Of a DNA stretch of 64,000 bases, positions 27,468 through 35,487 are shown one piece after another; positions within the stretch are counted from its first letter, which is position 1, and each line of letters opens with the position of its first letter. The position numbers and the translations under genes were made by a program. The notes below the pieces were generated by a model that searched no databases, was not told where the DNA came from, and saw only the letters and a list, made by a program, of their open reading frames with translations. Source of the DNA: a virus; the IMG/VR virus record IMGVR_UViG_3300049137_000145, positions 29,477-93,476 of that record; one strand, 5' to 3'.

Positions 27468-30400
27468 TCAGTCCTTCGCGTAGCAGGACGCCCAGTCCCG
27501 GGCCGCCTTGGAGGCCCCGGCGGTGATCGGCACGCCCTTGAACTCGAACGTGAACGCGTCCAGCACTGTGGCCGTGATCTCCTTCACGCGGTCCTCGGGG
27601 ACGCACAGGACGACCTCGTCGTGCACGACGCAGCGCAGCCACTCCGTGGCCTCCGGAGCCCGGTCGACCAGACGCAGGAGCGCTTCGCACATGATGTCCC
27701 GGGCGCCGCCCTGACCCATGAGCGCCGGGGCCTGCGTCCAGGCACGGTCGGGGTTGCAGCGCATGAGCCGGCCGAACCCGTTGTCCAGCAACTCGCCAGC
27801 CGCCGCCCGCTCCCGAACCTCGGTCCGCCAGGCGCACAACACCGGATACTGCGCGTTCATCTGGTCATCGAACTTCTGGGCCAGTTCCAGCGCGACACCG
27901 GAGTTGGCGATGCCCTTGACGGACATGCCGTAGTTCCATCCGTGGCCGATGCGCTTGGCGTTGTCGCGCCACTCACCGTCGTGCCGGCCGAACACGGCGT
28001 CGGCGATGCGCGAGTGCGCGTCCTCGCCGGGAGCGAAGTTGGCCATGTACGCCGGGTCCTGGCAGTGGCCGGCGATGGCGCGCATGTCGACCTGGTCCAG
28101 GTCGAAACAGATCAGCAGTGAACCGTCGTCGGCGATGAGCGGACGCCGCTGGTGCACCTTGCCGCCACGCTTGGCCATGTTGGTGACCGACGGGCGGACG
28201 TACGCCCACCGGCCAGAGCCCTGGAGATCGCCGACCTGGGGGTGGATCCGGTCGCCGATCAGGTGATCCATGATCTCCTGGTACTTCTGGACCGAGGACG
28301 TCACGGTGACGATGTGGCCCGCCATCTCCTCGATTGCGGTCCAGTCGGCGTTCGGGTGGTATGGACGCCGGTTGGGGTTCAACAAGGCCGGCACCTCGCG
28401 ACCCCCCGCCCCCTTGCCGACGAAGTACGACCCCCTGCCCAGCGCATCCTTGTTGAGGCTGATCAGGCCAGACGCCGTCTTGAGGTAATACGGCAGCCCC
28501 CGGTCGGCGAACGCCTTGATGATCGCCTCCCGGCCCTCGTTGGTGGACAGCGGCGACTTGACCGGCTCGTCAGTGAAGACGCGGTTCTTGCCCCGGCCCT
28601 TGCCGACGGAGCGGGTCAGCGGGACACCGCAGTGCTCGTGCAGCCACTCCAGCGACTCCTGCCTCTTGGCGGCCTCCGCGTCGACCAGCTCACGCAGGAC
28701 GGGGACGTCGACCTTCCAGCCGGTCAGGGTCGGCCGGTGCTGGATGTGGGCCACCCGCATCTCACGCCGGACGTAGTCCGAGGGCTCGCCCAGAGCGCGC
28801 CGCACGCCCCGGGTGGCCTGAAGATCGCCGCTGAAGTAGACGCTCAGCTCGTTGACCGGGATCCGCCCGTACCCGAGGTCGGTGCGCTCGGCCTTGTCCA
28901 GCTTGCGGCCGTCGATCTCCTCGGGCCCGTGCTTGAAGGCGAGCGCCGACAGGTCGTCGGTCTTGCCGTTGACCCCGTGACGCTGTGCGGTCTGGTCGAG
29001 GCCGTAGTAGCCCTTGGCTGCCCAGGGCTTTTCGTGGGCAGCGCCGGGCGGGTCGATGGTCTGCTCCCACCGGAGGGTGTCCATCGTCTTGGCGGCCAGC
29101 TTGTCGTAGTCGGCTCCGTGGTGGATGGCGAGGGCCATCAGGTCGAACCCGAGCAGATTGTGGCCGTACAGCTCGTCGGCGTCCTCCAGCCGCTTGATCA
29201 GCTCATCGACGGAGTTGACGACAACCTCCGTGCCGTCCTCGGTGACGTAGCCGGCCAGCCGGACGTACGGGTCGCCGCCGAGGTCTTTGTGCCGGAACAG
29301 CAGCTTGGCGCTGTGGGTCTCCAGGTCGAACCCGACCACGCCGCCGGCGCGAACCGGGGCAGCCTCCGGGGACGGTGCCTGGGCGGGGACGGAGGCCGCA
29401 CGGGGGGTGTGATCGGCTTCCGCTTCCGCGAAGGGATCGCCCCCGAACGGATCCGCGTCGAGGGCAGGCTGAGAGGGTGTACCCCCTGTACCTCCTGCTC
29501 CTGTTCCCCCTATACGGGGAGAGATTTCACGGTTATAGGTCGGAGGAGGTACAGGGGGTACACCCTCGTCTCCGCCGTCGTTGACCTCGTCTTTTCCGTT
29601 CGGGTCCTGGAAGCGCACTCCGAGCCACGCCTGGTAGTTGACGCCCGTGGGGGTGTGGCCGCCCAGTGTCGACCGTCCGTCCCGCGCCCTGATCTTCTTT
29701 CGTTCGACCCCGTTCCGGGCGCACTCGTCGTGGCCTCCGAATCGGGAGACGAAGGTGCGGTCGGTCCACTCACGGTGGCCCTTGTCCGCCAGGTACTTGT
29801 TGAAGACCTCGTGCAGCTCCCGGGCAAGGATGTGGCTGTTCCAGTCGAACGTCAGGACATCCCCGATGAACGACAAGATCAGGTCCGATTCCTTGCGCCA
29901 GCTCAAGGTGTCCTTTTCCACCTGCTTCGGCGCGGGCGGCATGATCTGCCCCGCTGCGTACCACTTGCGGGCCCCCTCCACCAGCCACGCCAGCGCAGCC
30001 TCCGTACGTGGCCCGTCGTCCGTGCGCAGGCGCTGACGGAGCATCTGGTCACCGGGTTTGTCGTAGGGCCCTGTGCATGCCTCTCCGGGCTTCCTGAACG
30101 TGAACGGGAACGTGAGCATCTGGAGCCTGCGCCACGTGCCGTGGTCCGACTCCTCCACCAGCGGCCGGTGGTTGGTGTTGATGATCAGCGTATGCGTCGC
30201 CTTGAAGGTCACGCTGTCCTGGCGCATCTTGCGCGCCGTGATCTGCTCGGTACCGGCGAGCTGCTTGACCCGGTTGACGTCGAGCTTCTTCGCTTCCGGG
30301 GTCTCCTCCAGGACGGCCAGGCGGGCACCGAGGAAGTCCATCATCTCGGTGGGGTGGTTCTCGCTCGCGTTGCCGAGCAGGGCCCGGTGAGCAACGGCCG

Positions 30401-31811
30401 TGTGGTACCCGCCGCGCGTACCGGCGGCCTTCGCCAGAGTGTCCATGATCGAGGACTTGCCGTTGGATCCGCCGCCCTGGCAGATGAGGATGACGTCGTC
30501 CGGCGGCGTGTGCCCGGTGATGGCCTGGCCGTTGCGGATCTGGAAGTAGTCCACTACGTCGTCAGGGACGGCCTCCAGAGCGGTGTCCCAGTCGGGGTGC
30601 CGGGCACCGGGGACGTAGTCGCACCCGGTGATCTTCGTCATCAGCCGGTCGGGGTCGTGGGGGGTGAGCACACCGGTGCGCAGGTCCAGGATGCCGTTCT
30701 GGCAGTTGAGGGCGTCGGGGTCGTAGTCGAAATCGGTGGCCGCCGACTCCAGGATGCCCCTGGACAGCTTCAGCAGGTTGCCCAGTTTGGATGCGGCGAG
30801 TGCCCCGCGCCAGCCGTCCATCTGGCTGCGCAGGTCTTTGTTCGGCTCAGCGCGCTGCTGGTCGAGCACGCGCTGAAAGCCCGCCATCGCCCACTGCCGG
30901 ATGTCCTCCATCACCGTGGCGTCGGTGCATTCTGTCCATACCTTGCCGTTCCACTGCATCCACCCGAGCCCGGCGGCCCAGCGGTACCGGCCGTCCAGTG
31001 TCTCGGAGCACACCGTGTCGGCGAGGATCGCGTCGGAGAACGCCGCGTCACGCGTGTTGTCGCTCGGCATCTCGGTGGTGGCCGCGCCGTGAAGGTCGGT
31101 CAGCGTGCCGCCGGCGTGGAGGAAATCGTCCACGCCCTTGGTGGGCGTTCCGTTGATCTCCTCGGGGACGATCAGGTAGTGGATGACGGCGGCCCCCTTG
31201 GACTCCAGCCACATCCCGAGCCGCCGCATGGCCATCAGGACCATCCTGTTGTGCCGCGCGTCGGAGTCGAAACAGATGACGATGGTCCGGCCCTTGAGCG
31301 GGATGTCCTCCCAGTCGCCGAGGGTGCCCAGACGCGACCGCCAGTTGAAGACGCCGGACAGGGAGACGACGGCGAGGCCCTGGGACGCCAGGGAATCCGC
31401 CTTTTTCACGCCCTCAGTGATCCACAAGGGATTCGTGACGACACGCACCGCGTTCGCCATGAGCGGCGGAACGTCCAGGCGCGGCTTGGTGCCGACGGGG
31501 GAGGCGTATTTCATCATCTTGTCGCCGCTGCCGCTGCTGTGGGGCTGCGGCTGGCCCGGCTTGAACTGCGCACCGATACGCTCACCGGTCACCCGGTACA
31601 GCGGAATGAACAGGCCCGGGAATGCCGTTTCCTCGCGCCAGGCCCACACCGGGATGGATTCCTCACGCAGCCGGGCCCGGTCTTCATCGGTGCCGTACAA
31701 CGTCTCGTACCCGCGTGCGTCGCGGTGCTCCGGGGCGATCTCGCTGGCGTCCAGCTCCGCCAGATGGTGGTCCGACACCTGCCCCGAGTTCGTGTCCACG
31801 TACGTGGTCAT
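27468..31811 (-). CDS. replication polyprotein: Toprim/DUF3854-like primase region + SF3 (P4/D5-type) helicase + family A DNA polymerase with 3'-5' exonuclease
   Basis: N-terminus has WITEGVKKADS...ICFDSDARHN (Toprim). The middle has QGGGSNGKS (Walker A) and LAVLEET (Walker B). The C-terminus has FDLETHS and HNLLGFDL (exo), CFDLDQVDMR (Pol motif A), RDNAKRIGHGWNYGM (motif B) and VHDEVV (motif C). Confidence 0.9.
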   Translation of the reverse strand: MTTYVDTNSGQVSDHHLAELDASEIAPEHRDARGYETLYGTDEDRARLREESIPVWAWREETAFPGLFIPLYRVTGERIGAQFKPGQPQPHSSGSGDKMMKYASPVGTKPRLDVPPLMANAVRVVTNPLWITEGVKKADSLASQGLAVVSLSGVFNWRSRLGTLGDWEDIPLKGRTIVICFDSDARHNRMVLMAMRRLGMWLESKGAAVIHYLIVPEEINGTPTKGVDDFLHAGGTLTDLHGAATTEMPSDNTRDAAFSDAILADTVCSETLDGRYRWAAGLGWMQWNGKVWTECTDATVMEDIRQWAMAGFQRVLDQQRAEPNKDLRSQMDGWRGALAASKLGNLLKLSRGILESAATDFDYDPDALNCQNGILDLRTGVLTPHDPDRLMTKITGCDYVPGARHPDWDTALEAVPDDVVDYFQIRNGQAITGHTPPDDVILICQGGGSNGKSSIMDTLAKAAGTRGGYHTAVAHRALLGNASENHPTEMMDFLGARLAVLEETPEAKKLDVNRVKQLAGTEQITARKMRQDSVTFKATHTLIINTNHRPLVEESDHGTWRRLQMLTFPFTFRKPGEACTGPYDKPGDQMLRQRLRTDDGPRTEAALAWLVEGARKWYAAGQIMPPAPKQVEKDTLSWRKESDLILSFIGDVLTFDWNSHILARELHEVFNKYLADKGHREWTDRTFVSRFGGHDECARNGVERKKIRARDGRSTLGGHTPTGVNYQAWLGVRFQDPNGKDEVNDGGDEGVPPVPPPTYNREISPRIGGTGAGGTGGTPSQPALDADPFGGDPFAEAEADHTPRAASVPAQAPSPEAAPVRAGGVVGFDLETHSAKLLFRHKDLGGDPYVRLAGYVTEDGTEVVVNSVDELIKRLEDADELYGHNLLGFDLMALAIHHGADYDKLAAKTMDTLRWEQTIDPPGAAHEKPWAAKGYYGLDQTAQRHGVNGKTDDLSALAFKHGPEEIDGRKLDKAERTDLGYGRIPVNELSVYFSGDLQATRGVRRALGEPSDYVRREMRVAHIQHRPTLTGWKVDVPVLRELVDAEAAKRQESLEWLHEHCGVPLTRSVGKGRGKNRVFTDEPVKSPLSTNEGREAIIKAFADRGLPYYLKTASGLISLNKDALGRGSYFVGKGAGGREVPALLNPNRRPYHPNADWTAIEEMAGHIVTVTSSVQKYQEIMDHLIGDRIHPQVGDLQGSGRWAYVRPSVTNMAKRGGKVHQRRPLIADDGSLLICFDLDQVDMRAIAGHCQDPAYMANFAPGEDAHSRIADAVFGRHDGEWRDNAKRIGHGWNYGMSVKGIANSGVALELAQKFDDQMNAQYPVLCAWRTEVRERAAAGELLDNGFGRLMRCNPDRAWTQAPALMGQGGARDIMCEALLRLVDRAPEATEWLRCVVHDEVVLCVPEDRVKEITATVLDAFTFEFKGVPITAGASKAARDWASCYAKD

Positions 31812-31865
31812 GGGGTTCCTGCTTCCTTGGTCATTGCTTCCTTGGTCTGCTGGGGCGCAAGCACG

Positions 31866-32345
31866 TTACGGTCTCCTCCCCTTCCGGCCGGCCGGGCGCC
31901 GACTGTCGAACCGGGCCGCCGAGGCGGCGTCCCACGCGGCTGCGAACCGGGGCCCGGTCCACATCCGGTGGACGTCGGCGACGACGCCCTCCGGGTGCCA
32001 GACCCGTACCGTGTGGTCCCGGCCGCACGCGTCACCGCGCCGGTGCAGACCACGCAGCACGAGGACGAGCATTCCGCTGCCCTGGGCCAGCTCCGGCCAG
32101 CGTGGGTCGTCGAATGTATCGCTGGGCGGCTTAATCTCCACCCACGCCTGGTCAGGAGCCCAGTCGGGCCGGATCCGAAAATCCGGCAGGTACCAGCCGC
32201 TTGCGAGCTGGTAGCCCTCGGGCTCGTACTCCCAGGGGATGCCTGCCTCGGTGGCAAACGTGGCGAACCGGGCCTCGGTCCGGGAGAGGAAACTGCACCC
32301 GAACGCGCGAGTTTTTATTGCCTGGATCCCCGGAGCGCCCATCAT
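31866..32345 (-). CDS. PD-(D/E)XK-type nuclease-like protein (159 aa)
   Basis: Start MMGAPG overlaps the upstream stop (ATGA). The sequence FLSRTEARFATFATEAGIPWEYEPEGYQL..GWYLPDF...AWVEIKP follows the S/E...D...ExK pattern. Confidence 0.6.
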   Translation of the reverse strand: MMGAPGIQAIKTRAFGCSFLSRTEARFATFATEAGIPWEYEPEGYQLASGWYLPDFRIRPDWAPDQAWVEIKPPSDTFDDPRWPELAQGSGMLVLVLRGLHRRGDACGRDHTVRVWHPEGVVADVHRMWTGPRFAAAWDAASAARFDSRRPAGRKGRRP

Positions 32346-32566
32346 GACCCCGTAACGGCCGGTGATGCTGCGGAGATGGTGACGACGACGGGCGTGTTCC
32401 GGGCGACCAGCCATTTCTCGGACTCGGTCTCGGAGATCCACACCCGGCCGTTGCCGCTCTTGTGCTTGGTCAGCGGGACGTCCGGGTCGTCCAGCCACCG
32501 GTAGACGGTCCCGGTGTGCACTCCGTGACGGGCCGCCACCTGGGCGACGGTCAGAAAGCCCTTCAC
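32342..32566 (-). CDS. excisionase/MerR-like HTH DNA-binding protein (74 aa)
   Basis: LTVAQVAARHGVHTGTVYRWL is an Xis-type HTH. It is the first gene of the leftward block; RBS GGAGGAGCA precedes the GTG start. Confidence 0.7.
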   Translation of the reverse strand: MKGFLTVAQVAARHGVHTGTVYRWLDDPDVPLTKHKSGNGRVWISETESEKWLVARNTPVVVTISAASPAVTGS

Positions 32567-32791
32567 TGCTCCTCCTTGACGGTGTGTAGTTACGCGTCTC
32601 GATGATACCCACGTTTACACACGCTTACACGATGGGTACCATACCGGACAGAGGGCCCGACGGAGCCCCGCCGACCACAGACCAAGGAATCCCGGGACGC
32701 CGGGCGCAGATGGGGCGACGTCACGGCCCCGCGCTCCCCTGTGAAGTGCGGGTTCGGTGATTGTGCACCCCGCTGGGAGGATCACGGATTC
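32567..32791. promoter_or_regulatory. divergent intergenic switch region between the two gene blocks
   Basis: Inverted GTGTGTA (32582-88) and TACACAC (32616-22). Direct TTACAC repeats, a GGTACC palindrome and one GACCAAGGAAT box (about 32679). It separates all leftward genes from all rightward genes. Confidence 0.5.
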
Positions 32792-33121
32792 ATGACCAAG
32801 GAACTGGCCGTCTACGCGGACACACTTAATCTGCTCGGCTCCGACGTGCTGGACCCGAGCCCTACGGGCCCGGACTGGGAACTGACGGACGTCCTCGGCC
32901 GGCTGCGCCGGAGGGCTGTCCGCTTGACCGGACCGCACGCCAGTTGCCCGCACTGTCGCTGGGCGACCCCGTGCGCCGGCCCCGGCGACGGCGAGCACTT
33001 CGCGGACCTGTGGGAGCACCTGATCGTCCACCACGGTGTCGACATCCGCTACGCCGACGAGCCGGCCCGCAAGGCGTGGAACCGCGCGCTGGCTGAGTAC
33101 GAGGGAGCGAAGGCCGCATGA
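32792..33121 (+). CDS. hypothetical protein (109 aa)
   Basis: ATG (MTKELAVY) preceded by GGGAGGA, inside listed ORF 32741..33121. Confidence 0.55.
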   Translation: MTKELAVYADTLNLLGSDVLDPSPTGPDWELTDVLGRLRRRAVRLTGPHASCPHCRWATPCAGPGDGEHFADLWEHLIVHHGVDIRYADEPARKAWNRALAEYEGAKAA

Positions 33122-33360
33122 GTGCTGAGGACTACAACCACGGACTCCGGGCCAGGGCACTGGCCGTGTCCGAGACGGAACTGCGCCGCGCGGTAGACCG
33201 GCTGCTGGAGCGGTGTGGCCGGGAAGAGGTCCATCAGGTGCCCGGGTCGCCCCGGTCGGGGATGCTCCACGCTTCCGAGATCTACACGCTGCTGGGTCTG
33301 CGCGGCGGCCCGGACTACAGCGCACTGCGTGAGGCGCTGGACGAAGGGGGCGACCGGTGA
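33118..33360 (+). CDS. hypothetical protein (80 aa)
   Basis: Listed ORF with 4-nt overlaps on both sides. Confidence 0.55.
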   Translation: MSAEDYNHGLRARALAVSETELRRAVDRLLERCGREEVHQVPGSPRSGMLHASEIYTLLGLRGGPDYSALREALDEGGDR

Positions 33361-34997
33361 GCCAGACCCTCAAGCTCCGGGAGTACCAGCGCGAGGCCAT
33401 CGACGCTGTCCAGGCGGCCTGGGCCGATGGGATGCAGCGGCCCGCCGTGGTGCTCCCGACCGGTGCCGGCAAGACGGTGATCTTCTCCCGCATGGCGGCC
33501 GAGCACATCGCAGCCGAGGGAACGCGCGTCGTCATTCTCGTGCACCGTGACGAGCTGGCCGACCAGACGCTGAGCAAGTTGCAGCAGACCGAACCGAACC
33601 TGTTCACGGGCAAGGTGAAGGCAGCCTCCGACAACATCGCGGCCGACGTCATGGTCTGCTCGGTACAGACCCTTGCCCGGGAGACCAGGTTCAACCGGTT
33701 GCTCGACTCGCAGGAGAAGTGCGGCAAAGTCGGCCTGGTCATCGTGGACGAGTGCCACCATGCGGCAGCCGTCAGCTACCGCAACATCCTGGCTGGGCTC
33801 GGCTGTTACAGCGGAATGCCGGGCACCCGGGCCGTCGGTTTCACGGCCACGATGGCCAGGGGCGACGGCCAGGGCCTCGGCAGCGTGTGGGAGGACGCGG
33901 TCTACACCCGCTCCCCGCTGTGGATGATGTCCCGGGGCCACCTGGTCGACGTCCGGTCCAAGCTGATCGACGTGGACACCCTGCATCTCGGGGACGTCAA
34001 GCGGTCCAAGGGCGATTACACCGCGTCCTCCCTGGGCGACGCGCTGATGGCGGCCGGCGGCCCGCAGATCATCGCCAAAGTGCTGGAGGAACACGCGGCC
34101 GACCGGCGCAGCCCCATTGTCTTCACCCCGACGGTGGAGGTCGCGCGGGCAACGGCGGAGGCCCTGCCGGACGCGGCGTACGTACACGGAGGCACGCCCC
34201 GCGAGGAGCGGCTGAACATCTACCGCAAGTTCCGCACCGGCGAGGTGCGCACGCTGGTGAACTGCATGGTGCTGACCGAGGGGGCCGACTTCCCCTTCGC
34301 GGACTGCGCGGTCATCGCCCGGCCGACGAAGTCCGAGCCGCTGTTCATCCAGATGGTCGGCCGAGTACTGCGGCCCTCTCCCGCCACCGGCAAGACGGAC
34401 GCCCTGGTGCTCATCCTCGCCGGCGAGGGCGGTTCGCTGTGCACGCTGGTGGACCTGGAGCCCGGGGCAGACATCCGGGAGGTGAAGGACGGCGAGTCGC
34501 TGGCCGAGGCTTACGAGCGGGAGGAGTCCTACAAGGAAGCCACGGTCCCGGCCGGGTCGCTGCGATTCGAGCTGAAACACCGTGACCTGGATCTTTTCAA
34601 GGCGTCGACCGCCTATTCGTGGCTGCGCACCTACGGCGGCGTGCAGTTCATCCCGCTTGGCGACGACGGCGAGATCCTTCTCTGGCCGAACAGGGACGAG
34701 GAGGAAAAATGGGACGTGGCCTACGCTCCGCCGCGCGGGAACTGGGAGCGGCTGCACGAGGGGATGGACCTGGGTATCGCCATGGCGTGGGCGGAGACGG
34801 AAGCCATGGACCGGTCGTCGCTGAACATGACCAAGTCGGCGAGCTGGAGGAAGAAGCCGGCCTCCCCGAAGATGCTCGGTCTGCTCCGGTACGCCGGGCA
34901 CACCGTGCCGGACGAGCTGCGCGCGGGCCTCGCCTCGGATCTCCTCGCGGTGACTATCGCTTCGCGCAAGCTGGACCGTTTCCTTCCCCGCTCGTAG
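33357..34997 (+). CDS. SF2 DEAD/DEAH-box DNA helicase
   Basis: Motif I LPTGAGKT, II VDECHH, III FTAT and VI QMVGRVLR. Confidence 0.9.
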   Translation: MSQTLKLREYQREAIDAVQAAWADGMQRPAVVLPTGAGKTVIFSRMAAEHIAAEGTRVVILVHRDELADQTLSKLQQTEPNLFTGKVKAASDNIAADVMVCSVQTLARETRFNRLLDSQEKCGKVGLVIVDECHHAAAVSYRNILAGLGCYSGMPGTRAVGFTATMARGDGQGLGSVWEDAVYTRSPLWMMSRGHLVDVRSKLIDVDTLHLGDVKRSKGDYTASSLGDALMAAGGPQIIAKVLEEHAADRRSPIVFTPTVEVARATAEALPDAAYVHGGTPREERLNIYRKFRTGEVRTLVNCMVLTEGADFPFADCAVIARPTKSEPLFIQMVGRVLRPSPATGKTDALVLILAGEGGSLCTLVDLEPGADIREVKDGESLAEAYEREESYKEATVPAGSLRFELKHRDLDLFKASTAYSWLRTYGGVQFIPLGDDGEILLWPNRDEEEKWDVAYAPPRGNWERLHEGMDLGIAMAWAETEAMDRSSLNMTKSASWRKKPASPKMLGLLRYAGHTVPDELRAGLASDLLAVTIASRKLDRFLPRS

Positions 34998-35038
34998 CGG
35001 GTATGATTTAGCTAAACCAAAGGAACGGAGACCCCGGG

Positions 35039-35413
35039 ATGGACGACACACAGCTCAGGGCGATCATCCGTGAGGAGATCGCCCTGGCGACGAAGACCCT
35101 GGAGGACCAGGCGTACTCCAGCGACCCGGACGACGACGTAGATCTTGAGCGGGCGCTGTCCAGCTTCAACACGTACGCCTACCGGGGAGCTTGCGAGGCC
35201 GCCGACGAGCAGCGTGCACGGGACACCGATCCGTTCGAGGCGACGCACGACCCGGGCCCGGACCCCACGGTGACGGCCGCTATCCGGGCCGAGATGCTGG
35301 GTGTCCTCAAGGACATGCGCAGCGCGTTCTACATGTCCGGGTCGTCCGACGACTACCGCATCGCCGAGCGGCTGGACGGGCTCATCACGGCGCGCGAGGC
35401 CGCTGACGAGTGA
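35039..35413 (+). CDS. acidic hypothetical protein (124 aa)
   Basis: Listed ORF preceded by AAAGGAACGGAGACC. Confidence 0.6.
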   Translation: MDDTQLRAIIREEIALATKTLEDQAYSSDPDDDVDLERALSSFNTYAYRGACEAADEQRARDTDPFEATHDPGPDPTVTAAIRAEMLGVLKDMRSAFYMSGSSDDYRIAERLDGLITAREAADE

Positions 35414-35487
35414 CCCCGGGGAGGGGTGAAGGACCCCTCTCCACCTGGCCGTTAGGCCATTGACCAAGGAATGAGGAAAGTACGCCC

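Noticed and set aside
28152-32504. 1450-aa plus-strand ORF.
   Set aside because: It is an antisense shadow of the Toprim-SF3-PolA gene. It has no motifs and its composition is typical of a non-coding frame in high-GC DNA.
33315-35051. 578-aa minus-strand ORF; the same applies to 32615..33742.
   Set aside because: It lies opposite the SF2 helicase, which has clear motifs. The composition is Arg/Gly/Pro-rich.
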